Below, piece by piece: positions 49,921 to 61,124 of a stretch of DNA of 64,000 bases. Every line of letters starts with the position of its first letter. Positions within the stretch are counted from its first letter, which is position 1. The notes beneath the pieces are model-generated. The model was not told the origin of the DNA. It saw nothing but the letters and a program-made list of their open reading frames with translations, and did no database searches. A program made the position numbers and the translations under genes. Origin of the DNA: Lama guanicoe (lineage: Eukaryota). The stretch covers positions 1,332,355 to 1,396,354 of the forward strand of contig MU055744.1 in assembly GCA_013239625.1 (NCBI GenBank), in the 5' to 3' direction.

Positions 49921-50894
49921 GTGGGTACTGGGCCTGGAAGGGTTGGGGTCCCCCCCCTGCCCCCTCTGCTTCCCCACTCCCCCAGGCAGGGGCCGGTTTG
50001 GGGCATAAGACCACCGGGGTGGAGAGGCGTGGGCTGTCAGCAAGGCCGGAGGCCTCGGGGTGTTTGCTTGGACGGGGTAGGGAGAGGCCCTCCTCCTGGT
50101 GTCCAAGCCCCTTCCCCACGGTTTGCCTCCTGCCTTCGCTGGGTCCTGCACACCATCCCCAAGGCTCCACCCAGGCCACGCCACACCCTCCCGGCTCACA
50201 CCCCACCCCAGCTCAGGCCAGCATCACCATGCTTGGCACCATGGCCGAGAACCCCCAGCGCCCTCCCCTAGGAGCCCATCTGGTGCAGGGGACAAACGTG
50301 GACTCAGACAGGTCCGCGTGGTGGTTTACGGTTCTGAGCCGTGACACCTACTGTTCTGGGTGTGAGGCCCAATAAAGTGGAGCCGTCAGCACCACCCCTC
50401 TCCCAGGTGCCGGAGCTCCAGGGAGCCTGAGGCCCCCGCGGGTCTGCACGGTGCCATGGGAGCCCGGGGCGCTTACCTGCCTGGGCGACCAGGGCTGCCC
50501 TGCTCGGGGCCGACGCCGGTGCCGGGAGCTGGCCCGGGTGCTGTCACTGTTGTCATTGTTGTTGCGTGGCGGGCCTTGTCACTACATGTTTACTTATGAA
50601 CTTACTGTGCTAGACTGTGCCTCATAACGGGAGATTTGGGAGCTGAGAAGGCCTCTGTGGTACCACGCCTGTCCCACGCTGACCCCAACCACCAAGTTCC
50701 CCTCCCCAAGTGTGACCAGGGCCATCAGGTTTGGGTGGCCTTGCAGAGACGCTTTGCCGATGTGAACATAGGGGGCTGAGGGGGAGGGTCTTCCAGGCAG
50801 AGGGAACAGGGATATGAAGCAGCCGCCCCCAGACCCTCCGAGGCCGCGCTGCGTTTTGCTGACCCCCCGTCCACGCGCCCCTCATGGCTTGGGC

Positions 50895-51050
50895 AGGGCT
50901 GGTGTGGTTAAGAGAAAAGGCCTGGCCGGAGATGGTCTCGGTCCCAGTGCCAAGCAAGTCATGCACCTTCTCTGGGCCTCAGTGTCCTTATCTGTGAAGT
51001 GGGGACGCCCCTCACCTTCCTGCCCAAAATGGTTGTGAGGTCAGCTGAGG
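50895..51050 (+). mobile_element. MIR SINE fragment
   Basis: gtgtggttaagag...caagtcatgcaccttctctgggcctcagtgtccttatctgtgaagtgggg...ggttgtgagg. Confidence 0.75.
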
Positions 51051-51199
51051 TCACAGCAGGGCCATGATGCTGTGACAGGCTTGTCAGGAACACCCCTTGT
51101 CCTCCTTAGGAGAAGCTGAGTGCTAACAAAAACCCTGCTCCTCGCCCCGCCACGGGCCAGGCCAGGTCCCGCTGGCCCTGATCATCTGTCCCCTTCCAG

Positions 51200-51274
51200 G
51201 GTCGGCTGGTGCAAACCAGGAAGTCAGGTTACTTCCCGAGCTCATCCGTGAAGCCCTGTCCCGTGGATGGAAAG
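51200..51274 (+). CDS. VAV2: VAV2 exon 23 (75 nt), N-SH3
   Basis: tccag|GGT...AAG|gtgagt; [25 protein letters not shown]. Confidence 0.97.
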
Positions 51275-52541
51275 GTGAGTGCTTCCCGCAGAAGCTTCTG
51301 GACACGGAGGCCAGGGTGTCGTGGGTGCTGAGAGCTGTCTCCTCACTTGGGACGTCCTGGACTTGTTCAGGCCGCTGGGAGCTGGCCCCGGAGCTGCGAG
51401 GGGGTCCCCTGCCCAGAGAGGAGATGGGTCGGGGGCCAAGGGGCAGGGGTGCCCTCCTGTGGGGAGAACCCGGCCAGTGAGTTGTCATAATTCATCGTGG
51501 TTTTAAAAACTAAAAGGGCATCTCTGTAGCAGGTGTGACGGAGCAAAACCCAGCTGCCTTTCTCCGAATCTCAGGATCGTTTATATTCCAAACAAGGATC
51601 CGGGCTAGATGTTAGGACATTTGGGAAAAAGGCAGTATGGCGTCCCTTCCGTCCAGGTGCTGCAGAGCAAGTAACTCCTGTTAGAAAAGGCACCAGGCTG
51701 TCAGCCTTGAATGTGCTGCGCCCCCGGCCCTGCGCCCCAAGAGGAAAGGCAGCTCAAAGTAAGGCAGTGAGACTTCTCCCGAAGGGGCAGGGGCGGGTGC
51801 CTGACCCCAGGCAGCCCAGCTCCGCCCACCGGGCCCTGCCCAGCCTCTGGCCCCGCGGCCCAGTTGAAGGAGAAAGCGTTTTGGACAGGCTTTGCAGACA
51901 GGTCAAGGGGACCAACAGCAGAGGAGGAAGAGTGTCACTGACTCACGGGGTAGGCTGGCAGGTGCTCTGCCCTGGGCCTGCTTCCCCGTCTGCACGGTGA
52001 ATGGGGTGGGGAGTAGTCCGCAAGGCTTTACCCAGCCTGGGGCCCAGTGAGGGGAGGCCACGGTGGGGGCGCTGGCCGGCGAGGCCCAGCGTGGGGTCTG
52101 GAGGGCTCCAAGGCTTGCCTGCACACGTGGCCTTCCACCTGCAGGCCAAGCCGCCCAGTGCCGGTCCTCGGGGCAGCAGGCAGCAGGGAACTCGAGCTGT
52201 GGGACGTGCTCCTGTCCACTGCTGAGGTCCCAGCAGGCTTCAGGCCGCTCCCCTCCCTGGGGATGAAGTGCACTGTTAGTTGGATGCTATTCGTTCATTC
52301 TCTCATTCCTTCCGTCCTTCATTCAATCAATCAAACCCACTGAGCATCTACACAGAGATGGTGAGTCCCAGCTGCTGCCCTCAGGGACCTCCCACTCCAG
52401 TGGCTCTGGGCCTGAGTCCACAGAAATCCTGGTAGCCAGCGCTGGGCCCCAGGGTCGGGCCACCGATGACAAGATGCTGCAGGTCCCCACCCTGTGGACA
52501 GCCCCTGGGGAGACATTAACCCGAGCGTTCTCTCCTGCCAG

Positions 52542-52594
52542 CCGCCCATCAGCCGGCCGCCCTCCCGGGAGATCGACTACACCGCGTACCCCTG
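52542..52594 (+). CDS. VAV2: VAV2 exon 24 (53 nt), SH3-SH2 linker
   Basis: gccag|CCG...CCC TG|gtgagt; [17 protein letters not shown](W). Confidence 0.96.
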
Positions 52595-53724
52595 GTGAGT
52601 GGGCCAGCGGGGCCCCTTCGTTGTGGGGATGTGTTCCCTCCAAGGCCCTGGGCAGGCTGTCTCCAAGGTTGAGCCCCGCTTTGCACAGCCCCCTTCTCCC
52701 CTCCTCGCTCTGAATCCCTGGGAGCCTGGGGGAAATCTTCTCTACCCCGAGGCACCTGTTTCCGCATAGATAAACAGATCATCAGGTTCGAACATCTGGG
52801 AGAATGAAGCCCCTTTTTAACAGGATCTTACTTGTGCTTCATCGTATAAAATATACGAGGAGGTGTATTTAAGGCCAAAATGATAATTGCATATTTACGC
52901 ACACAGAGCTTGTTGAGAGCAGGGGGCTGTTTGATTAGTAAAACATGACAGTGGACGTGCTGGGTGTGAGACTCGGATGCTGGTTGGCCGCGGGCTCACC
53001 GGCTGCCTGGAAATGACTGCCCGCAGTGCCCGCGGCTCCCTGTAGAAATGCGCCCCGTGGCGGCCCCAGAGCAGTGGGCCCCTCACCCAAGGAAGGTTTC
53101 CCCTCATGGTTTTCGGTTTGGGGTTCATCCCTGAAGCCACTCCGGGACCCCTGTGCCCAGCAGTGAAATGTGCCTGCAGCCTCAGTGTCCCCGGCCTCCC
53201 TGGCACTGAGACTCAGCCCCGTGCATGTCTGTGACCCACAGGTGTGTTCAGTGCGTCGCTCACTCTGCACTTGGGTCTAATGCGGAGGGCGGAGGGCTGA
53301 CCTGGGACTCTCACTTGATGGGGTAACGCTCAGCTCAGAACTCTGGGATGCATCTGTTTGCAAAAGTCCCAGTTCAGCCTGGCAGGGAGTAGCAAATGGG
53401 GACACGCTTTGTTCCCGAGGCAAGGGTGGGGGTGGGCTTCACTCCCATAGAGCTGGAAGAAAAGCGTCGCGTCAGCCCACCCGGAACTCACTGACGGAGA
53501 TGGTGGTGGTCTCCCGTGTGCTGCAACACAGAACAAAACCCCACGGGCGGCGTTTCTATTCGCTGCTTTTTAAGTAGTGAAAACTTGCAGAAGAGGCCTG
53601 ATGTAACGTCTGTTACGCTGAATGCCTCTTGCAGACCCAGGGTTCTGGAGGGCGGAGGCCCTAGGGAACCGGCCGAGGTCTGGGGTCCTCACCTCTCCCC
53701 AGCCGTCTTCCTCCTTGCGGGCTG

Positions 53725-53829
53725 TGCGCATGCGCGCGGGTGCCTGGCCCCGCTCGCCCCGCCTCCTGGGGGCGTGGCCTCGTGTCGCAGCTGGCTCTTC
53801 CGCGGGGCGGGGCAGTGGCCCGGGCGGGG
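53725..53829 (+). promoter_or_regulatory. NRF1 + GC-box + ETS motif cluster (candidate internal promoter)
   Basis: TGCGCATGCGCG 53725-36; gccccgcctcc 53756-66; gggggcgtggc 53768-78; cttccg 53797-802; ggggcggggc 53804-13; gggcgggg 53822-29. Confidence 0.4.
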
Positions 53830-53876
53830 TGCCCTTGAGGCCGTGTCTGTGAGCAGGCCCCGTTCCTCTGCTCCAG

Positions 53877-53993
53877 GTTTGCCGGCAACATGGAGAGGCA
53901 GCAGACCGACAACCTGCTCAAATCCCACGCCAGCGGGACCTACCTAATCAGGGAGCGGCCGGCCGAGGCGGAGCGCTTTGCCATTAGCATCAA
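53877..53993 (+). CDS. VAV2: VAV2 exon 25 (117 nt), SH2
   Basis: tccag|G TTT...ATC AA|gtatgt; [38 protein letters not shown](K); YLIRER is the FLVRES-type motif. Confidence 0.97.
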
Positions 53994-54076
53994 GTATGTG
54001 GAGGCGGGGGGCGGGGGGGTCAGGGAGACCCTCCCCCAGTGCCGTTCTGAACCGCGCCGCCGTGCGCTTGGCCCAG

Positions 54077-54164
54077 GTTCAACGAGGAGGTGAAGCACAT
54101 TAAGGTGGTGGAGAAGGACAGCTGGGTGCACATCACTGAAGCCAAGAAATTCGAAAGCCTCTTG
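54077..54164 (+). CDS. VAV2: VAV2 exon 26 (88 nt), SH2
   Basis: cccag|G TTC...TTG|gtaggt; [29 protein letters not shown]. Confidence 0.97.
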
Positions 54165-55195
54165 GTAGGTGACCCCGGGTCTCCCGTGGCCTGGCCCTGA
54201 GGGCGAAAGGAGGACCCACGCCTCCCACCGCAGCCGTGCCTGCAGGCTGGCCTTGCAGGGGGGAGTCCCGCACCCCTGGGCTGGGGCGCAGTGTGGGAAG
54301 GGTCCAGGGAAACTGGTCTGGAAGGCACCTGGGAACAGCTAGGGCCTCCTTACTGCCCCCCACGTCAGGACTTCATCCCCCAAGTCCCATGGAGGACAGT
54401 GAGGGCCACCAGCACCCCAGCGCGTTCACCCGAGCCTTCTGTCAGAACCAGAAACTGAGGCCCAAGGAGGCTCCAGGGCCTGGCTGCCAGCCAACCTCGC
54501 ACATCCGTGGCTTCCAGTGCCCACCTGCCACTGTCCCAGCCCAGCCAGAAAGCTCTTAAAGGCATTGTTCTTCTTAAGATGATCTTAAAGTGTGTCTTTG
54601 CTTAATTACACGTGAGCCCGTGGGACTAGAGCATGTGAGCTCTCAGACGCCCCGCAGTGGCCACAGAAGAGCGCACAGTGAAAGGAAGTGCCCACAGTCC
54701 CCCCCAGACCCAGTGTCCTCATCTCAGGGCGAGTCCTCGCCACCTCTGAGTGCAGCCTGGGTGTGGCTTATATGTTCCCTTCCCAAGCCAAGCCACGGCC
54801 ATGCTGGACCCAAGGCTCAGCCTACTTCTCGACATCAGTGAGGAGGTTCTCTCCTTGCTCCTGCTGCAGCCGCCTGGCGTTCGGGCACGTGGATGCGCTG
54901 GGATTCCTAGAAGCACTTCCCTGGCGTTGGATGTGTAGGGGTTTCCAGTTTTCCTCCATCGTCAAGTGTGTCCATCTATCTCAGCATTCTTTCCTGACTT
55001 CTTTCTAGAAATGTTTGGGAGAGAAATTTCAGGATCAGAGGCCTGGTCTGGGTGCTGGTGGCAGGGAGAGGAGGAAGGGTAGTCCTTAGTGGTCAAGGAG
55101 ATTAGGCCCCCGGGTGTGAACCTGAGGAGGTGGGAGAGGGAGGGCAGGGCACCTGGAGGCGGTGGCAGCGGTCAATGAGTGTGTGCATCCTGCAG

Positions 55196-55319
55196 GAGTT
55201 AGTTGAGTACTACCAGTGCCACTCGCTCAAAGAGAGCTTCAAGCAACTGGACACCACGCTCAAGTACCCCTACAAGTCACGGGAACGCTCAGCCTCCAGA
55301 GCCTCCAGCCGGTCCCCAG
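55196..55319 (+). CDS. VAV2: VAV2 exon 27 (124 nt), end of SH2
   Basis: tgcag|GAG...CCA G|gtaagg; [41 protein letters not shown]. Confidence 0.97.
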
Positions 55320-56089
55320 GTAAGGCCGGGGGCTGGGTGTGAGGAAGGCTTCCCGTGGGCTTTGCTGACCTAAGCCAGGAGCCTCTTCCCGTTTCCCACC
55401 CCTGGGAACAGTGGCCCCGGCCCCGTAGCTCTTCACAACTCCCTCTTGAGCCAGGGTGCCCTGGTGGCCCCCCGTGACAGGTGGGGAGTGCCCACTCTGA
55501 GTTGTTTGCTCCAAGTCTTGGTGCCTCTGCCTGGAGGTCAGCGTGCAGAGAGAACAGGACAGGTCTCTTCTGTCCTCAGATATGTGGCTGTGCCCCAGCT
55601 CCCCAGGGGCCGCCACTGTGGTGGAGCCAGAGTCAGGACGTCTGTTTGCAGATGGGGCTCCAGGGGCCAGAGGGAGGGAGGGACAGGGTGGGCCCAGGGT
55701 CTTTGGCATCCAGCCCCCCGCTCTGACTATGAGCCAGCTTGCTTCCTCCTGCAGGGGCCTGCAGGACCACGGGTCCCACCCGGGCAGAGCAGTCCAGGCG
55801 AGGAACAGTAGGCCTTTAGGGGGCATCTGCTGCGAGCTGGGCGAGGGGCTGGGCAATTTGCACGTGTAGTTTCCTGGGTCCTCACTCGGGCCCGCCCGCT
55901 GGGAGGAGGCGGTCCAGGAAACAGGTGCAGGAGGTGGCCGAGCTGCGCCTGTGCCCGGGTGGGCCTCGAGGCCCGTGCTGTCCCGCCGCCCCCCTGGGTC
56001 CCCGTCCCCACCGCCTGAGGCCGCGCCTGGGACCCCGTGCGGATGCTCCTCTGGACTCCTCTTTCACATTCTCTCTCGCCTCTTTGCAG

Positions 56090-56176
56090 CTTCCTGCGCT
56101 TCCTACAACTTTTCTTTTCTCAGTCCTCAGGGCCTCAGCCTTGCTTCTCAGGGCTCCTCTGCGCCCTTCTGGTCAG
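56090..56176 (+). CDS. VAV2: VAV2 exon 28 (87 nt), symmetric cassette exon in SH2-SH3 linker
   Basis: tttgcag|CT TCC...TCA G|gtaccg; (A)[28 protein letters not shown]; phase 1-1, length divisible by 3. Confidence 0.94.
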
Positions 56177-57197
56177 GTACCGCTGCCGTTCGGGGCGTGG
56201 GGGGGCCCGGCCTGTCGCCAGCTGCCTGGCGGGCCTGGCACGGGGCTGCCTGCCGGCCCACAGCCCCTGCCTGGATGGGCCCACAGCTGCCCGCAGCCTC
56301 TTGTGGGGCGGAGGGGGAGTGGGACAGGAAAGGAAGTGGCTCGGGAGGGGGCAGGGGCAGGGGGGCTGCTGCAGCACCTGTGGACAGTCAGGCTTGGCGC
56401 TGCCCTCACCTGACATGCTCACCCCTGTGACCACTCAGCTTATCAGCCACTGTCCCCCATTGCTCACTGGGGCTTTGCCTCTGGTAGCAGCAATCAGCCA
56501 GCAGCCATTCTGGGGGGAGGGTGGGAGCAGACCTGGGGCGGGCCCCCCGTGGCGGCAGTAAGGAGCACTTACAGACTTGGGTGCAGGGGAACAGGCCTCC
56601 AATGGCCCTCACCGCGCGGCCCTCTGCTGCCAGAGTCACAGCCCTCCTGCAACTCCTGCCATGTTTGCCCTCCCCTCGTGGCCATGCTCATCTGCCTGTC
56701 GGGGCTCCTCGGCCCTGGGCCAGGCTGCTCCAGCTGGGTTTCCAATTTGGTTTGGGCTCTGGAACTGGAGATACGAGGGAGGTCAGGCACTGGTGCCATG
56801 GGGTCCAGTTCCAGGCACTTTGTCAGGGTGAAGGCTGGGAGCTGGGCAGAGGTCGCTCAGCTGTCTGCTGGCCACGTGATGCCCATGCACTGGGCACACA
56901 GGAAGGCCCCGCAGGAGCAGGTCCGAGCGGCAGCATCTGCTCTCCTCCCCACGGGCACGCTTGCTGCCTGTGACGGCCCCTCTTGTGGTGGCCAGGCTCC
57001 GACCCCCTTGTCAGTGGAGCTCGGATAGGCCATGTCTCTCAGGGGCCCTGGGGTTAGAGCCTGGTCTGTCCCCCCAGGGCCTCTCTGCTTGGCGGCCTCC
57101 TCTGTGGGCACAGGGCCGGGCGCTGGGAGAGAGACCCGGCTTGGCCCGAAGGACCCCAGCCCTGCAGCCCTGTGATGCCACCCATCTCCCCCAGCAG

Positions 57198-57352
57198 TGT
57201 TCACGCCCCGCGTCATCGGCACGGCCGTGGCCAGGTACAACTTCGCCGCCCGGGACATGCGGGAGCTCTCGCTGCGGGAAGGCGACGTGGTGAAGATCTA
57301 CAGCCGCATCGGCGGGGACCAGGGCTGGTGGAAGGGCGAGACCAACGGCCGG
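57198..57352 (+). CDS. VAV2: VAV2 exon 29 (155 nt; 158 nt with proximal AG), C-SH3
   Basis: ccagcag|TG TTC...CGG|gtgagt; [51 protein letters not shown]. Confidence 0.96.
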
Positions 57353-58339
57353 GTGAGTGGGCCGGCCCGGCGCCGGGGCCCCACATCCCTGCGGCGCTTG
57401 GGAGGGGGGCCTTCCGGCTCGGCCCCTGTGGGGATCGGGCAGGCAGGATTGGGCACAAAATGACCCTGCCCTCTTACCGCACCCAGGAGACTGGGTGTCC
57501 ATCCACAGGCTCCATGAGCCAAGATGGCACAGTGAGGAAGGTGACTCCCTGGCTCAGATCTGGCCCCAGTCCTATCCTATGGTCCTTTGTGGCCACAGCA
57601 GGGGAACAGTGTGGGGTGCAGTCTTCCAGTCACTTGCATGTGGCCAACCCTCTTTGCAGCAGGAAGGCCATGGGACCAGGAATAGCCTGGGTGTCCTCAC
57701 TGACCTCCTGCCCTTCCTTAAGGCCCAGTTTACACCCTAGTGAGATGGGAAGGGACATTTGGTGTCCCCACCCAACCTGAGGCTCTGAGCCCCCGTGGCC
57801 ACTTACCCTAGTCGCCTGTCTGGACCCCCAGACCTCCAGCTGCCTGTTGGCAGTCACGCAGCAGGGGGCCGGAGCTCCATGAACCACGCGTTAGGAGACA
57901 TGGCGCTCTCCTGGGAGCTGCGGCTGCCCGCAGACTTGGCCAGACTTGGCTCCCATCACTCACCATTCCTTTACCAGGTGGCAGGAACTGGCTTGCCTCC
58001 ACCTAGCATGTTGTCTGTCTCTTGGAGGCCCTCGGGTCGGATCCATTTTCCATCTGCCACTGGGTCCTAGGCAGCCAACCTAGAGGGCTGGGGCCACTAG
58101 CTCTCAAAAGTAGGAGGCACCTGGAGCTGTGATTTATAAGCACACACTTGGGCCCTCGCCCCAGTCGTGAAGCCAGCCAGTTCCCCGGGTGATGTCCGTG
58201 CAGAGTTCAGTCCTAGACCCGCTGACTTAGAGGGCTGCTGGGTACCCCTGGGACTTAAACCCGGCTGCTGTGGAATGTCTCTTCTCTGGCAGTTCTTCTT
58301 GCTATGACGGCCACTTTACCTGCCACTAGAGAGGCACGA

Positions 58340-60800
58340 GCTTCTTGCAGGGATCAGTGTTTCGCGTGGCACACTTTTTTCGTTCTTGTGTGACTTTCAA
58401 CTTCTCTGTGCTTTGCATTTAAGATAGCTGTGCAATAAAGTCTTATCATGAATGGACTTCTATGAGCAAATCTGATCTGACAGCATTTGCCTTTCAACTG
58501 GTGTTTGTGGCCCATTTACGTTTAATGTGAGCACTGAGAAATTGAGATCTTAATGCACCATCTGTTCATTTTCTGTTTGCGACACCTATTCCTTATTTTG
58601 TGTTTTCTTTCCTACTTTCGGATTGGCCAGTTTTTCTATTCCACTTCTCGCTCCCTTGCATAGTTTGCTAGTTACACATTCTTTTCCTGTTCCTTAAGCG
58701 GTTACCCTGGAGGTTGCAATGTGCACTTTGACTTCTGAGAGAGCACCTCAAGTTAGTACTTTCACCGCTTCCCAGACAACGCAAGGACCTTAGAACCTTT
58801 GACTACATTAATTTTCTTCCCAATTTTTGTGCAGGTATCGTCATGTGTCTTATTTGACATATTTTTTAACCCCATAAGACGTTACTGTTGTTTTAAACCG
58901 TTAACGTTCATTTCAAGTTACCTCTGTACCTGGCCCAGGGCTCCGCCTTCCTTCCTGCGTTGTTGTGTTACCACCCAAAACCACATTCGTGGTGCTTGAA
59001 GTTTCCTTTCCTTCGTGTGAGGGTCTGCTCAATTTTTGCTGGATCTGAATACATCTTTATTTCACTTTCTGTTTAAAATGTTTTCGTTGTAAAATGTTTG
59101 CAATTTACTTTGATAATTTCAAATTGAAAGAAAAGTTGCAGTCGTGTGAAGGACCCCCATACGCCCAGATTTACCAGTTAAGAATGGTTTGCCCACTTGG
59201 CTTTTCATCTGCATTCTCTGTGTGTATGCGCGTTTATTTTTCCCTAAACCATCTGAGAGTCAGTCTCAGAAATCATAGCCCTTTACGCCTAAAGAAATTC
59301 AGTGTGCGCTTCCTGAGATCAAGGACGTTTCCCTTTGATATGAGTGTCTAACCCACTCAGACTTCACGGCTGTCGCAGTCGTGTCTGGCGCTGCCTTTGT
59401 TGGCCATGACCCTCAGCTCTCTTTAATCTGGGAAGGTCCTCAGCTTCTCTCTGTCTTGCGTGCCTTTGCCACTGTGAAGAGTGTGGGCCAGTTATCTTTG
59501 TGGACTGTGTGTCCGTTCAGGTGGGTATGGCATTTCTTCACAATCGAGTTGAGGTGGTAGTTTTTGTGGGAACAGCACAGTGGGGGCGTCATGTCTTTGT
59601 CGTTGCTGCAGTGTCCTGGCGAGAGGCTCGCGGTGTCAGTTTGTCCCATTATTGCGATGGTAACTTTGATCACCGGGTTAAGGCGGTGTCTGCCACGTTT
59701 CTCCGCCGTAAAGCGACGGTAACTCGTGAGTAACGTGCAGGGTGGTAGTTTGAAATCAGATGAGCGTGCCTCCCTCATCACACTTTGGCCGCTCGCTTCG
59801 TCGTGCATCGATGCCCTTCGCCTCTCCAGTTACCTCTGTCGGCGTGGACGGTGCTGACTCCCCGTTACTTCCTGTGGACGTGTTAGCGGGCCTCCTGCTG
59901 TGGGGAAGCTGCTCCCCTTCGTCGCTGTCTCCCAGGAGTCAGTCGTCTCCCCAGTGAGACCTGCTTCCTTTTTGTGAGCAGTTGTATCGAGTTCACTTTT
60001 GAAGGGCGTTTTTACTGGCTTTAGAATTCCAGGCGGGAAGACCTTTCATTTCAGCACTTTGAGGATGTCTCTCCATGGTCACCAGGCCCCCGTCATTTCC
60101 GTGGAAGCGTCAGTCCGCGTTCTTACTGGGGCCCCTTTGCAGGAAGTGTGTGCGCTACTCCCCTCCGGGGTCTGTGCTGAAAAAAGAAAACAAGCCTTTG
60201 TCTCTCATCGCTCTGTTACCATGCGCCTGGCGCGCTCTTCCCCGCACCTGTCCTGTCCGAGGTTCGCGGAGATTCTGGAGCGTGCGGCTTGGTGTCCTGC
60301 ATCAGCTTGGCAGATTTCTTCAGAGGCCACGTCTGCTCCAGTCCCTCGTTTCTCCCTCTGGGGCTCAGTCCGCGTGGATGCGGGGTCGTCTTCACCACGG
60401 CCTCCGTGTTGTTTACGCTGTTACGTGTCTTCCATTTACTGTCTCTGGATTTCCATCTAGCTACTTTTTACTCCAGTTTATCGTCTTTTCTGCTTTGTCT
60501 CATCGGCTCTCAAATCCTTTCAGTAATTACGGTCATTCTATCTTCCAGGTCTAGGATTCTATTTGATTTCTGGTTTCGGCTCTCAGGTGAAATTCTCTGC
60601 TTTTCCGTCAGCTTTCTGCAGCACACGGGTTAGCGCTGTTACCTGTCCGGACGGGTGGCTGCGACAATTGGACGCCCTGCCGGCTGGCTTCCGTGGTCCG
60701 CACTCTCTCTTGCGCTCTTGCCCTTGGTCCTCGCTGGCGCTGAGCTTGCGTCTGAAACAACGCAGAAGCCGTAGATGACCTTACTTGCCTCCAGAGAGGG
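58340..60800 (-). mobile_element. Ancient L1M-derived block in last intron, with an L1MC4-like 3' end (~59085-59900) inserted
   Basis: T-rich reverse L1 sequence, e.g. cccatttacgtttaatgtg, gaaaagttgcag...aaccatctgagagt, tttcagcactttgaggatgtc; subfamily names tentative. Confidence 0.7.
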
Positions 60801-61076
60801 TTTAACTTTTTCCAGTTGGCAGCCAGTGAGGGGGGCAGGTCATCTTAAACTGCCCAGGGCTGGCGCATTTCAGAGTGACCCCTGCCCCGGCGCTGCGGCC
60901 CCACCAGGCTCTTAGCCTCTTCGCCGGGGCCTCTCCTGGGGCGGACCTGCCTTAGAACGCCAGCCTCTTAAGGCTCCCCAGCCTCCACGAGCCCCGGCTT
61001 GGCCTCACCTCGGAACACCTGCAGGCACACGCACGTGCACGTGCTTGTGCTTACGTGAGTCCGCCGTCTTTTTCAG

Positions 61077-61124
61077 ATTGGCTGGTTTCCTTCAACGTAC
61101 GTAGAAGAGGAGGGCGTCCAGTGA
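61077..61124 (+). CDS. VAV2: VAV2 exon 30 coding part (48 nt) with stop
   Basis: tttcag|ATT GGC TGG TTT CCT...CAG TGA; IGWFPSTYVEEEGVQ*. Confidence 0.97.
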   Translation: MGWFPSTYVEEEGVQ

